DNA from: Candidatus Limnocylindria bacterium
GTDB taxonomy: Bacteria > Chloroflexota > Limnocylindria > QHBO01
Assembly (NCBI GenBank): GCA_035759945.1
Contig: DASTTX010000160.1
Coordinates: 22,004 to 86,003, forward strand
Length of the DNA stretch: 64,000 nucleotides
Direction of reading: 5' to 3'
The notes below the pieces were generated by a model. The model had not been told where the DNA came from, made no database searches, and saw nothing but the letters and a program-made list of their open reading frames with translations. Positions 7,711 through 16,704 of the stretch are shown piece after piece. The stretch's first letter is position 1. Every line of letters starts with the position of its first letter. The position numbers were made by a program, and so were the translations under genes.

Positions 7711-8975
7711 ACGAGGGCCTGGGCCCACTCGCCGGGCGCCGCATCGTCGTCGGCGTCTCGGGCAGCATCGCCGCCTACAAGGCGGTGAGCCTGGTCCGCA
7801 TGCTGGGCGACCGGGGCGCCGTTGTCGACGTCGCCATGACCGCCGCAGCGACGCGCTTCGTCGGTCCGCTGACCTTCGAGAGCCTCACCCACCGGCCCGT
7901 GCTCGACGACGTCTTCGAGCTCGACGCCGAACAGCAGATCGCGCACATCGAGCTGGCCGAGGCGGCCGATGCGATCGTCCTCGCCCCTGCGACCGCCAAC
8001 CTCATCGGCGAGCTGGCGGCCGGCCTGGTGGGTGACGCGGTGACCGCCATCGCGTGCGCCAGCCGCGCGCCGGTCATCGTGGCGCCGGCGATGGACGCCG
8101 GCATGTGGACGCACCCGGCCACGCAGCGCAACGTGGCCACCCTGCGCGACTTCGGCTACATCCTGGTCGAGCCCGAGGTCGGCGAGCTCGCGTCGGGGCT
8201 GACGGGCATCGGCCGCCTGGCGGAGCCGCCGACCATCGTCGCTGCGGTCGAGCACCTGTTCGCGCGAGCGGGGGACCTCGAGGGCCTGCACGTCGTGGTC
8301 AGCGCCGGCGGCACGCGGGAGCCCCTCGACCCCGTCCGCTTCATCGGCAATCGGAGCAGCGGCAAGATGGGCGCCGCCCTGGCGGAGGCCGCCCGCGATC
8401 GCGGCGCTGCGGTGACGCTGATCGCCGGCGCCATGAGCGTCACGCCACCACGCGGCGTCACGGTGATCGAAGCAACGACCGCGCACGCGATGCGCGAGTC
8501 GGTCCTGCGGGCGGCGCCGAACGCCGACATCCTGGTCATGGCCGCGGCCGTCGCGGACTTCGCGCCGGCCCGCGCCAGCCAGCGCAAGATCAAGCGATCC
8601 GGCGACACGCTCCAGATCGAGCTCGTGCCGAACCCGGACATCGTGGCCGAGGTCGGCGAGATGCCCGACGAGGTGCGTCCGTTTCTCATCGGCTTCGCGG
8701 CCGAGTCGAACGACCTTGAGGCGAACGCGGCGGCGAAGCTGCGCGACAAGGGGCTCGACCTCATCGTCGGCAACGTGGTCGGCGGGCCGTTCGACGCCAT
8801 CGGCTCCGATGAGAACAAGGTCACCGTCTTCGCTGCCGAGGGCGCGCTGACCGACTGGCCGATGCTGCCCAAGCGACAGGTCGCCGAGCGCCTGTGGGAT
8901 CTCATCGCTGACCGATACCGACGCTCGAGGGGGGCGACCGAGAGCACGACCTCCCCGCGCCGCCGCCGTTCGTGA
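7707..8975 (+). CDS. coaBC: Bifunctional phosphopantothenoylcysteine decarboxylase / phosphopantothenate-cysteine ligase
   Basis: N-terminal flavoprotein domain (VGVSGSIAAYKA) with a PXM(N/D)XXMW motif that here reads PAMDAGMW. C-terminal CoaB domain with GGTREPLDPVRFIGNRSSGKMG. It overlaps the coaX stop by 4 nt. Confidence 0.9.
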   Translation: MNEGLGPLAGRRIVVGVSGSIAAYKAVSLVRMLGDRGAVVDVAMTAAATRFVGPLTFESLTHRPVLDDVFELDAEQQIAHIELAEAADAIVLAPATANLIGELAAGLVGDAVTAIACASRAPVIVAPAMDAGMWTHPATQRNVATLRDFGYILVEPEVGELASGLTGIGRLAEPPTIVAAVEHLFARAGDLEGLHVVVSAGGTREPLDPVRFIGNRSSGKMGAALAEAARDRGAAVTLIAGAMSVTPPRGVTVIEATTAHAMRESVLRAAPNADILVMAAAVADFAPARASQRKIKRSGDTLQIELVPNPDIVAEVGEMPDEVRPFLIGFAAESNDLEANAAAKLRDKGLDLIVGNVVGGPFDAIGSDENKVTVFAAEGALTDWPMLPKRQVAERLWDLIADRYRRSRGATESTTSPRRRRS

Positions 8976-9826
8976 TCGTCGTCCACACCGCGGAGGAGCT
9001 GCGAGACGCGATCCTCCAGCGCCGGATCGCCGGCGACAGCGTCGGCTTCGTGCCCACCATGGGCATGCTCCACGACGGCCAGCTGTCGCTCGTGCGGCGC
9101 GCGCGCGCCGACAACGGCTGCGTGGTCGTCTCGTCGTTCGTGAACCCGCACGCCTTCAGCACGCTGGACGAGGGCCAGCCCGGCGCTCGCGATCACGTTC
9201 GCGACCTGGCGCTGCTCGACCACGCCGAGGTCGACATCGCCTTCCTGCCGGAGGTCACGACGCTCTACCCGCCCGACGACACGACGCGCGTCACGGTGGA
9301 GGGTCTGACGCGGCAGCTGGAGGGCGCGTCTCGCCCCGGACACCTCGACGGGCTGACCACGGTCATGCTCAAGCTGCTCCACCTGGTCGGCCCGGCCCGC
9401 CTGTACCTCGGCCAGCGCCACGCCCAGCAGGTCGTGATCGTCCGCCGCATGCTGCGCGACCTGTTCATGAACGTGGAGCTCGTGATCTGCCCCACGATCC
9501 GCGACGACGACGGGCTGGCGCTGTCGAGCGCCAACGCCCTGCTCGGCATCGAGGAGCGCCACGCCGCGACGTGCCTGTACAACGCGCTCAATGCGGCGAA
9601 GGCCGCCTACGACGCCGGCGAGCGCTCGGCGGAGGTGCTGCGCTGGCGGATGACCGACGTGCTGGCGGCCGAGCATCGCGCGCGCATCGACTACGTCAGC
9701 GTCGCCGACGCGACCACACTGGCCGAGCTGCAGCGCGTGTCCGATCCGGCACTGGCGCTCGTCGCGATCTGGATCGGGCGGGCGCGGCTGACCGACAACA
9801 TGCCGCTTGCCTGGGACGTGGCATAG
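8972..9826 (+). CDS. panC: Pantoate--beta-alanine ligase homolog (PanC-like; non-canonical active-site motifs)
   Basis: Alignable with E. coli/M. tuberculosis PanC along its whole length (VPTMG, EGASRPGH, LALSS). It overlaps the coaBC stop by 4 nt. Several canonical motifs are altered; see the finding at 8972..9826. Confidence 0.8.
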   Translation: MIVVHTAEELRDAILQRRIAGDSVGFVPTMGMLHDGQLSLVRRARADNGCVVVSSFVNPHAFSTLDEGQPGARDHVRDLALLDHAEVDIAFLPEVTTLYPPDDTTRVTVEGLTRQLEGASRPGHLDGLTTVMLKLLHLVGPARLYLGQRHAQQVVIVRRMLRDLFMNVELVICPTIRDDDGLALSSANALLGIEERHAATCLYNALNAAKAAYDAGERSAEVLRWRMTDVLAAEHRARIDYVSVADATTLAELQRVSDPALALVAIWIGRARLTDNMPLAWDVA

Positions 9827-9939
9827 CGGCGCTCGCCGACCATCCAAAGTACTAGTGCGGTCCGTGTCGGCCACCGTATGATGCCGCCTGTCACCGCGGT
9901 GCCGGCCGTCTCCCGGCCGCGTGCGCCAACGGTGCCCTT

Positions 9940-9972
9940 GGGAGGCCGGCGGGTGCCCACGTCCGGCCTCCC
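9940..9972 (+). terminator. GC-rich hairpin (10-bp perfect stem, 13-nt loop) followed by TTCTTC; candidate intrinsic terminator for the coaX-coaBC-panC operon
   Basis: GGGAGGCCGG-cgggtgcccacgt-CCGGCCTCCC then ttcttcgcg. It lies in the 168-bp convergent gap between panC and the DRTGG gene. Confidence 0.45.
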
Positions 9973-9993
9973 TTCTTCGCGCCCGCCGATCCC

Positions 9994-11085
9994 CTACAGG
10001 CGCTGGAGCAACCCGTCCACGTCGATCGCGCCGTCGACCAGGTCGATGATGGTCGCGATCTTCTCCGTGTCGGCCGGATGCGTCTTGACCAGGATCTCGT
10101 CAACCGCCTGGGCGGTGCGATACGTATCGGTCCGGACCAGGTAGGCGAACAGGCCGGCTCGTCTGAGCTCGGCCAGGACCGGAGGGCGTGGCTCGAAACC
10201 GCCGGTCAGAATCACGCCGATGACTCGCGGCACGCGCGCCCCGCGGTTCGCCTCGATCGCCGCCAGCAGGAGATCGTCGCGATCGCCGGGCGTGATGAGC
10301 AGCGTTCGGTCACGCAGCAGCTCGACGGCGTGGACCGCCTCCATGGCGCCGATGGCGACCCAGCCGATCGTCTCGCCCGGTGCGGCCTCGCCGCTGCGCA
10401 GCTCTCCCTCGAGGTGCGTCGCCACCAGCTCGAGCGAGGGGTTGGCCAGCAGCTCGGAATACGGGATGCAGCCGAGGAGCTCGACGCCGTGCTGGGAAAG
10501 CCCGCGGGCGAGGATCGCGGGCAGGTCGGGGTGCGAGACGACGTCGACCTTGTTGACCACCGCGCCCAGCACGCGCACGCCGTTGGCGGCGAAGAGCGAG
10601 ACGTTGAGCACGATCTCGTCGATCGGCCGGCCGACGCCACCTTCGCTGACGACGATGACCGGCGCGTCGAGCATTGCCGCGGCCTGGGCGTTCGAGAGGC
10701 CGATGACCGCCCCCACGCCCGCGTGCCCGGTGCCCTCGATGACGACGACGTCCCGATCGCTCGCGACCCGTTCGTACGCCGTGGCGACCTGCGCCGCGAG
10801 GTCGTCGCCGATGCGTCCCATGATGAAGTCGGTGGTGAAGCGCCGCGGCAGGGTCACCGGCGACATGTCGTTCAGCGCATCGGGCAGGCCGAACACCTCG
10901 CTCATCAGGACCGCGTCCTCGTCAGCGCGGGTGCCGTCGACGACGAGGTAGCGCTGGCCGACCGGCTTCAGGAAGCCGAGCCGCAGCCCGCGCTCCCGGA
11001 TTGCGGCAAGCAGACCGAGGCTGGTCGTCGTCTTGCCACGGTTCTGGCCGGTGGCGGCCAGGAAGACGCGCCTCGCCGAGCTCAC
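9994..11085 (-). CDS. Stand-alone phosphotransacetylase N-terminal-domain-like protein (BioD/CobQ-like P-loop + DRTGG domain)
   Basis: N-terminal FLAATGQNRGKTTTSLGL (P-loop, like the Pta N-domain) and C-terminal LLITPGDRDDLLLAAIEA (DRTGG-type). There is no Pta catalytic domain. Confidence 0.7.
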   Translation of the reverse strand: MSSARRVFLAATGQNRGKTTTSLGLLAAIRERGLRLGFLKPVGQRYLVVDGTRADEDAVLMSEVFGLPDALNDMSPVTLPRRFTTDFIMGRIGDDLAAQVATAYERVASDRDVVVIEGTGHAGVGAVIGLSNAQAAAMLDAPVIVVSEGGVGRPIDEIVLNVSLFAANGVRVLGAVVNKVDVVSHPDLPAILARGLSQHGVELLGCIPYSELLANPSLELVATHLEGELRSGEAAPGETIGWVAIGAMEAVHAVELLRDRTLLITPGDRDDLLLAAIEANRGARVPRVIGVILTGGFEPRPPVLAELRRAGLFAYLVRTDTYRTAQAVDEILVKTHPADTEKIATIIDLVDGAIDVDGLLQRL

Positions 11086-11139
11086 GCTTGGGAGTCTACG
11101 GCCTCAGGGCGTGGCCCCGGCTCGTCACCTACCAACCAG

Positions 11140-11745
11140 CTACGAACGGGACTTCGTGCGGCGCTCCACGAGCTCGACGCCCTCGCGCAGCCGGCCGATG
11201 AGCTCGGCGTCGATCATCTCGGGCTCGAGGTGCTCGCCGAGCCGCTCGAGCATGTCGGCCGCGACGGACAGCAGCACGTCCGCATCCGCAATGAAGAACT
11301 GCGGCTCGTTGTTGTAGCGCACGAGCGTCAGGCGGCCCTGGAGCGTGAGCCCGGACTCGGTGTGCGACAGCTGCGTCCCGAAGTTGTGGCCCTGGATGCC
11401 ATCCGGGTTGTTGAGAAAGTTCAGCGCGTTGTCAATGACGAGGCCGAAGCGGGCGCGCCACGACACCAGCCGCTCCTGCACGTCGGACGGCAGGCCCATC
11501 TCACCGAGCTCCTCGAAGACGCCGCGGTCGACGGTCAGGAGCCCAACCAGCGTCGACCCGGCACGGCCGCCGAGCATGACCTGGAGCGACCGCTCCAGCG
11601 TGAACACGTCGGCGTCGAAGCGTGGGCTGGTCGTGACCTCGGCCAGCAGGTCCTCGACGTTGTCGAGCTGGCCGGGATCGGCAAGCGCATTCGCGAGGTT
11701 GTGGATCTCCTCTCGGAACAGGAAGCGCTCTTCGTGATCGAGCAT
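11140..11745 (-). CDS. Hypothetical protein (201 aa)
   Basis: Complete ORF on the same strand, 55 bp upstream of the DRTGG gene. Coding-like composition. No family recognised. Confidence 0.5.
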   Translation of the reverse strand: MLDHEERFLFREEIHNLANALADPGQLDNVEDLLAEVTTSPRFDADVFTLERSLQVMLGGRAGSTLVGLLTVDRGVFEELGEMGLPSDVQERLVSWRARFGLVIDNALNFLNNPDGIQGHNFGTQLSHTESGLTLQGRLTLVRYNNEPQFFIADADVLLSVAADMLERLGEHLEPEMIDAELIGRLREGVELVERRTKSRS

Positions 11746-11749
11746 GGCT

Positions 11750-13018
11750 CTACGGGTAGAGCCCGCGCAGCATGGTCGCCTCGGCGACGCGGGCGACGGC
11801 GACCATGTAGGCCGCGGTCCGCATGTCCACCTCGTGGCGCTCGCTCATGGCGTAGACCGCCTCGAAGGCGCGGTCCATGATCTCCTTGAGGCTCTCGTTG
11901 ATGCGCTCCTCGGTCCAGAAGAAGCTCTGCATGTCCTGGACCCACTCGAAGTAGCTGACCGTCACGCCGCCGGCGTTGCAGAGGATGTCGGGGATGAGGA
12001 AGACGCCGCGGTCGTAGAGGATCGCATCGGCTTCAGGAGTGGTCGGTCCGTTGGCGGCCTCGGCCACGACCTTGGCCTTGATGCGTGGGGCGTTGTGCCG
12101 CGTGATCTGATTCTCGAGCGCGGCCGGGACGAGGATGTCGCAGTCGACCTCGAGCAGCTCCTGGTTGCTGACCTCGTCGGCTCCGGGGAAGCCGACCACC
12201 GTGCCGTGCTCCTGCTTCCACGTCCCGACCTTCGATGGCTCCAGGCCGTTCGCGTTGTGGATGCCGCCGCTCGAGTCGCTCACGGCCACGATGGTGGCCC
12301 CCTGCTCGCGCAGCAGCGTCGCCGCGATGCTGCCGGCGTTGCCGTAGCCCTGGATCGCGACGCGCGCGCCGTGGAGCGGCTGGTTCTTCGCCGCCGCCCA
12401 CTGCTGGAGCGTGAACACGGCGCCACGCGCGGTGGCCTCGTTGCGGCCCAGCGAGCCACCGACCGCGATCGGCTTGCCGGTCACGACGCCGGGGATGGTG
12501 AAGCCGTGGTGCATGGAATAGGTGTCCATGATCCAGGCCATGGTCTGCGCGTTGGTGTTGACGTCCGGTGCAGGGATGTCGCGCTCGGGACCGATGAGCG
12601 GGCTGATCTCCGTCGTGAAGCGGCGCGTCAGCCCCTCGACCTCGCGGATCGACAGCTGCTTGGGATCGACGACCACGCCGCCCTTGGCTCCGCCGTACGG
12701 AATGTTGACGCACGCGCACTTCCACGTCATCCACATCGACAGCGCACGGACCTCGTCCAGGCTCACGTCCTGGTGGTAGCGGATGCCACCCTTGCCCGGC
12801 CCGCGGCTCACGTTGTGCTGGACGCGGTGGCCGGTGAAGACGCGGACGGATCCGTCGTCCATGGTGACGGGGAAGTTGACCGTCAGCTCACGCTGGGGAA
12901 CGCGGAGGACGCGCCGCATGCCATCGTCGAGATCGAGCTTGTCGGCTGCGTGGTCGAACTGCGACTGGGCGACCGCCCAGATGTTCGGTGCCTCCGCCAC
13001 GGGGTTCTGGCTGGCCAT
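11750..13018 (-). CDS. gdhA: Glutamate dehydrogenase (Glu/Leu/Phe/Val dehydrogenase family), paralog 1
   Basis: Catalytic-lysine region GGAKGG, an NAD(P) Rossmann fold (GYGNAGS), and a conserved dimerisation domain. Confidence 0.9.
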   Translation of the reverse strand: MASQNPVAEAPNIWAVAQSQFDHAADKLDLDDGMRRVLRVPQRELTVNFPVTMDDGSVRVFTGHRVQHNVSRGPGKGGIRYHQDVSLDEVRALSMWMTWKCACVNIPYGGAKGGVVVDPKQLSIREVEGLTRRFTTEISPLIGPERDIPAPDVNTNAQTMAWIMDTYSMHHGFTIPGVVTGKPIAVGGSLGRNEATARGAVFTLQQWAAAKNQPLHGARVAIQGYGNAGSIAATLLREQGATIVAVSDSSGGIHNANGLEPSKVGTWKQEHGTVVGFPGADEVSNQELLEVDCDILVPAALENQITRHNAPRIKAKVVAEAANGPTTPEADAILYDRGVFLIPDILCNAGGVTVSYFEWVQDMQSFFWTEERINESLKEIMDRAFEAVYAMSERHEVDMRTAAYMVAVARVAEATMLRGLYP

Positions 13019-13159
13019 AGGTGCGGTGAGTGCCTCCTATGCGACGCGACGCCGGCGCCTCTACGCGCCGCATGGTCCGAAGGCGGAAGCAGGCCGGATC
13101 GCGGTGACGGTTCCCGATTCTAGCGCAGGTCTCGTACGCGCCACCGGTACGAAGGAGGG

Positions 13160-15532
13160 ATGCGCGCCGAGCGCTCGACGGACGTCCGTCCCGCTAGCAT
13201 CACGCCGATGACAACCGCCGACGTGCTCGAGGCTCCCCCACCCCGCCTCACGACCGCCGATGCCGAGGGCGTCGCCCGAACCACGTTCGGCATCGAGGCC
13301 ACCGCCGAGCCACTCGTCAGCGAGCGCGATCAGAACTTCCGGCTGACCGATGCCGCCGGCGCCGGATGGGTCCTGAAGGTCTCCAACGCTGCGGAGGACC
13401 CCGGCGTGGTGGAGATGGAGGTCGCGGCCGTCGAGCGGATCGCGCTGGTCGAACCCGGGCTGCCACTGCCGGTGGCGCGGCCCGCGCTCGACGGATCCCC
13501 GATCGCGACGACCCACATCGGTGAAACGCAGCACCTCGTGCGCCTCCTGCCGCTCCTGCCTGGCCGCAACGCCAGGCCGGGCGAGCTGGACGCCGCCAGC
13601 GTCCGCGACATCGGCGAGCTGGTGGCGCGCATCGGCCATGCATTACGTGGGTTCTTCCATCCCGCCGCAGGCAGGACGATCCTGTGGGACCAGCAGCGGC
13701 TGCCCCTTCTCTTCAAGCACAGCGCCTTGGTCGAAGCACGACCGCGTCGCGATCTCCTGGAACGAGTGCTCGAGCGCTTCCGCGACCGGGTCCTGCCGGC
13801 GCTGCCGACGCTCCGGTCACAGGTCATTCACAACGACCTGACGCTCGACAACCTCCTGGTGGACGAGGCCGGGCACGTGACGGGCGTCATCGACTTCGGC
13901 GACATGGCCCACACCGCGCTGGTGCTCGACATCCCCGCCACGCTCCAGTCGCTCGTCCGCGAGCGCGATGAAATCTTCGCCGTGGCACAGGCATTCCTGG
14001 CCGGCTATGCGTCGGTCGTGCCGCTCGAGGAGCTCGAGGTGGAGCTGCTCGGCGACCTGCTGGCCGGGCGGATGGCGCAGACGATCCTGATCAGCGCGTT
14101 TCGCACCAGGCAGTACCCGGACAACGCCTACATCCACGGCTGGGCGGAGCCGGCCTGGGTGCTGCTCGAGCAGCTCGACGCGATCGGCTTCGACGATGCC
14201 TCACGCCGGCTTGCCGCCATGGCGGCGCAGCCGATGGGCTCCTCCGTCGCGAGCGACGAGGCGCTCATCGCGCGGCGGGCCGTGCTCGGCAGCGCGCTGG
14301 AGCCGCTGAGCTATCGGCGACCGCTGCATCTGGTTCGCGGGCGCGGCGCGTGGCTGGGGGACGCCGATGGACGGCGCTACCTCGACGCCTACAACAACGT
14401 GCCCGTCGTCGGCCATGCGCACCCGAAGGTGGTCGACGCCATCGCGCGCCAGTCATCGTTGCTGAACACGAACACGCGCTACCTGCACGAGCACGTGGTC
14501 GAGCTGGCGGAGCGCATCACTGCGTCCATGCCCGACGGGCTCGACACGGTCATGTTCGTCAACTCCGGGAGCGAGGCGAACGACCTCGCCTGGCGCATCG
14601 CCTCGACGGTGACCGGCGGCGACGCCGGGCTCGTCACGGATTGGGCGTACCACGGCGTCACGGCACGGATCGCGGATTTCTCGCCGTCTGAGTGGAACGA
14701 CGGCGTGCGGCCCGATGGCGTGGAGACGTTCGCGGCACCCAACACCTACCGAGGCCCGTCCGCCGACGCTGATGACCCGCCAGCGATCGCCGCCGAGGAG
14801 ATGGGATCTGCCGTGGCGCGACTGGGCGAGCGTGGTCGGCGGCCAGCGGCGCTGTACATCGACTCGCTCTTCAGCGCCGACGGGATCTTCACGCCGGATC
14901 CTGCGGTCGTTCGAGCGCTGGTGGAGTCGGCGCGCAAGGCCGGTGCGCTGTGGGTGGCGGATGAGGTCCAGTCCGGCCACGGCCGCACCGGCGGCGGCCT
15001 GTGGGGCTTCAGCGCATGGGGCATCACGCCGGACTTCGTCACGCTCGGCAAGCCGATGGGGAACGGTTATCCGATCGCTGCGGTCGTCACCCGCTCGGAC
15101 CTCGTGGACCGGTTCGCGAAGGCGACGACGTTCTTCAGCACCTTCGGCGGCAATCCGGTGGCGTGCGCCGCGGCGCTCGCCGTGCTGGACGTGATCGAGG
15201 ACGAGGACCTGGTCGCGCGGGCAGCGACCGTCGGCGACTCGCTGCGAGGCGACCTGTCGGCGCTCGCCGACAGCCATCCGTCCATCGGCGACGTGCGCGG
15301 CCGCGGGCTGATCGCCGGCGTCGAGCTCGTGCTCGACCGCGTCACGCGGGAGCCCGATCGTGAGCTGGCCGCTCGTGTCAAGGACGAGATGCGCGAGCGC
15401 GGCGTGCTGATCGGGACGACCGGCCGCCACGGCAACGTCCTGAAGATCCGTCCCCCGCTCGCGATCACCGCCGACGAGGCAGTGATGATCCCGACCCGCC
15501 TCGGCCAGGTGCTGACGGACCTCGAGCGCTAG
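13160..15532 (+). CDS. Fusion protein: N-terminal APH/choline-kinase-like kinase domain + C-terminal class-III (PLP) aminotransferase/phospho-lyase-like domain
   Basis: Kinase Brenner motif HNDLTLDN (HxDxxxxN) and IDFGD. C-terminal GK-box TLGKPMGNG (PLP lysine), DEVQSG and class-III hallmarks. 790 aa; an alternative start is MTTADVL at 13208. Confidence 0.85.
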   Translation: MRAERSTDVRPASITPMTTADVLEAPPPRLTTADAEGVARTTFGIEATAEPLVSERDQNFRLTDAAGAGWVLKVSNAAEDPGVVEMEVAAVERIALVEPGLPLPVARPALDGSPIATTHIGETQHLVRLLPLLPGRNARPGELDAASVRDIGELVARIGHALRGFFHPAAGRTILWDQQRLPLLFKHSALVEARPRRDLLERVLERFRDRVLPALPTLRSQVIHNDLTLDNLLVDEAGHVTGVIDFGDMAHTALVLDIPATLQSLVRERDEIFAVAQAFLAGYASVVPLEELEVELLGDLLAGRMAQTILISAFRTRQYPDNAYIHGWAEPAWVLLEQLDAIGFDDASRRLAAMAAQPMGSSVASDEALIARRAVLGSALEPLSYRRPLHLVRGRGAWLGDADGRRYLDAYNNVPVVGHAHPKVVDAIARQSSLLNTNTRYLHEHVVELAERITASMPDGLDTVMFVNSGSEANDLAWRIASTVTGGDAGLVTDWAYHGVTARIADFSPSEWNDGVRPDGVETFAAPNTYRGPSADADDPPAIAAEEMGSAVARLGERGRRPAALYIDSLFSADGIFTPDPAVVRALVESARKAGALWVADEVQSGHGRTGGGLWGFSAWGITPDFVTLGKPMGNGYPIAAVVTRSDLVDRFAKATTFFSTFGGNPVACAAALAVLDVIEDEDLVARAATVGDSLRGDLSALADSHPSIGDVRGRGLIAGVELVLDRVTREPDRELAARVKDEMRERGVLIGTTGRHGNVLKIRPPLAITADEAVMIPTRLGQVLTDLER

Positions 15533-16704
15533 ACGGTCTCGATCGCCATGGCCACCGCTCCACCGCCGCCGAGGCAGAGCGTCGCCAGGCCCCTGCCGCC
15601 GCCACGACGGCGCAGCTCGTAGAGGAGCGTCGTCAGCACGCGGGCGCCGGAGGCGCCGATGGGATGGCCGAGCGCGATCGCGCCACCGTTGACGTTAACG
15701 CGGTCCCAGTCGAATCCGAGCTCGTTGCCATCGGCCAAAACCTGGGCTGCGAAGGCCTCGTTGATCTCGATCAGGTCGAAGTCGTCCAGCGTCCCGCCGA
15801 CCTTCTGGATCAGGCGCCGAACGCCATGGATCGGCGCCTCGAACAGCCACTCGGGGGCGACGTCGGCCTGGGCGTAGCCGGTGATGCGCGCCATCGGCTG
15901 GGCGCCATTCATGGCCTCTTCGGAGCCGATGACGACGGCAGCCGCGCCATCGGTGATCCCCGGCGCGTTTCCCGCGGTGACGGTCCCGCCATCGGGCTGG
16001 AAGGCCGGCCGGAGCTTCGCGAGCGCCTCGGCGCTCGTATCGGCCCGGGGCCCTTCATCGGCCGAGACGACGGTGTCGCCCTTCTTGCCCGCCACGGTGA
16101 CCGGCACGATCTCGTCGTCGAAGCGCCCCGCCTCCTGTGCCGCGATGGCTCGCTGGTGCGAGCGCAGCGCCAGCTCGTCCTGCGCCTCGCGCGTGACATC
16201 GTGCTTCGCCGCCACCCGCTCGGCGTGCAGGCCCATGTGGACGTCGCAGGTCGCGCACCACAGGCCGTCGTGAACCGTCGCGTCGACGAGCACGCCATTG
16301 CCGAGCCGGTAGCCGGTGCGCGCCTGCGGCAGCAGGTAGGGCGCCATGTTCATGCTCTCCATGCCGCCCGCCACGATGAGATCGGCGTCGCCGGCACGGA
16401 TGGCCGATGCGCCGATCATCACCGCCTTCAGGCCCGAGCCACAGACCTTGTTGATGGTCGTTGCGCTGACGCCCTCAGGCAGCCCTGCCTTCAGCGCGGC
16501 CTGGCGTGCCGGCGCCTGGCCGGCGCCCGCCTGGAGCACCTGGCCGATGATCGCCTCGTCGACCCGTTCGGGCGCAATGCCGGCTCGCTCGACGGCGGCG
16601 CGGATCGCGACTGCGCCCAGGTCCGTGGCGGGGGTGGTCGAGAGCCCACCGCCGAACTTGCCGATCGGCGTCCTGGCGGCGGAGAGGATGTACACGTCAC
16701 GCAT
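15529..16704 (-). CDS. Acetyl-CoA C-acetyltransferase (thiolase II)
   Basis: N-terminal ILSAARTPIGKFGG with NKVCGSGLKA (active Cys), a C-terminal GGGAVAMAIE-type region with the active-site Cys (LCLGGG), and the conserved H in the NGGAIALGHP motif. Confidence 0.9.
   Translation of the reverse strand: MRDVYILSAARTPIGKFGGGLSTTPATDLGAVAIRAAVERAGIAPERVDEAIIGQVLQAGAGQAPARQAALKAGLPEGVSATTINKVCGSGLKAVMIGASAIRAGDADLIVAGGMESMNMAPYLLPQARTGYRLGNGVLVDATVHDGLWCATCDVHMGLHAERVAAKHDVTREAQDELALRSHQRAIAAQEAGRFDDEIVPVTVAGKKGDTVVSADEGPRADTSAEALAKLRPAFQPDGGTVTAGNAPGITDGAAAVVIGSEEAMNGAQPMARITGYAQADVAPEWLFEAPIHGVRRLIQKVGGTLDDFDLIEINEAFAAQVLADGNELGFDWDRVNVNGGAIALGHPIGASGARVLTTLLYELRRRGGGRGLATLCLGGGGAVAMAIETV

Noticed and set aside
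8156-9874. 572-aa minus-strand ORF
   Set aside because: Antisense to coaBC/panC, with no motifs and biased RGA-rich composition.
10078-11880. 600-aa plus-strand ORF
   Set aside because: Antisense to the DRTGG-domain gene and neighbours. Low-complexity Arg/Asp/Gly-rich content.
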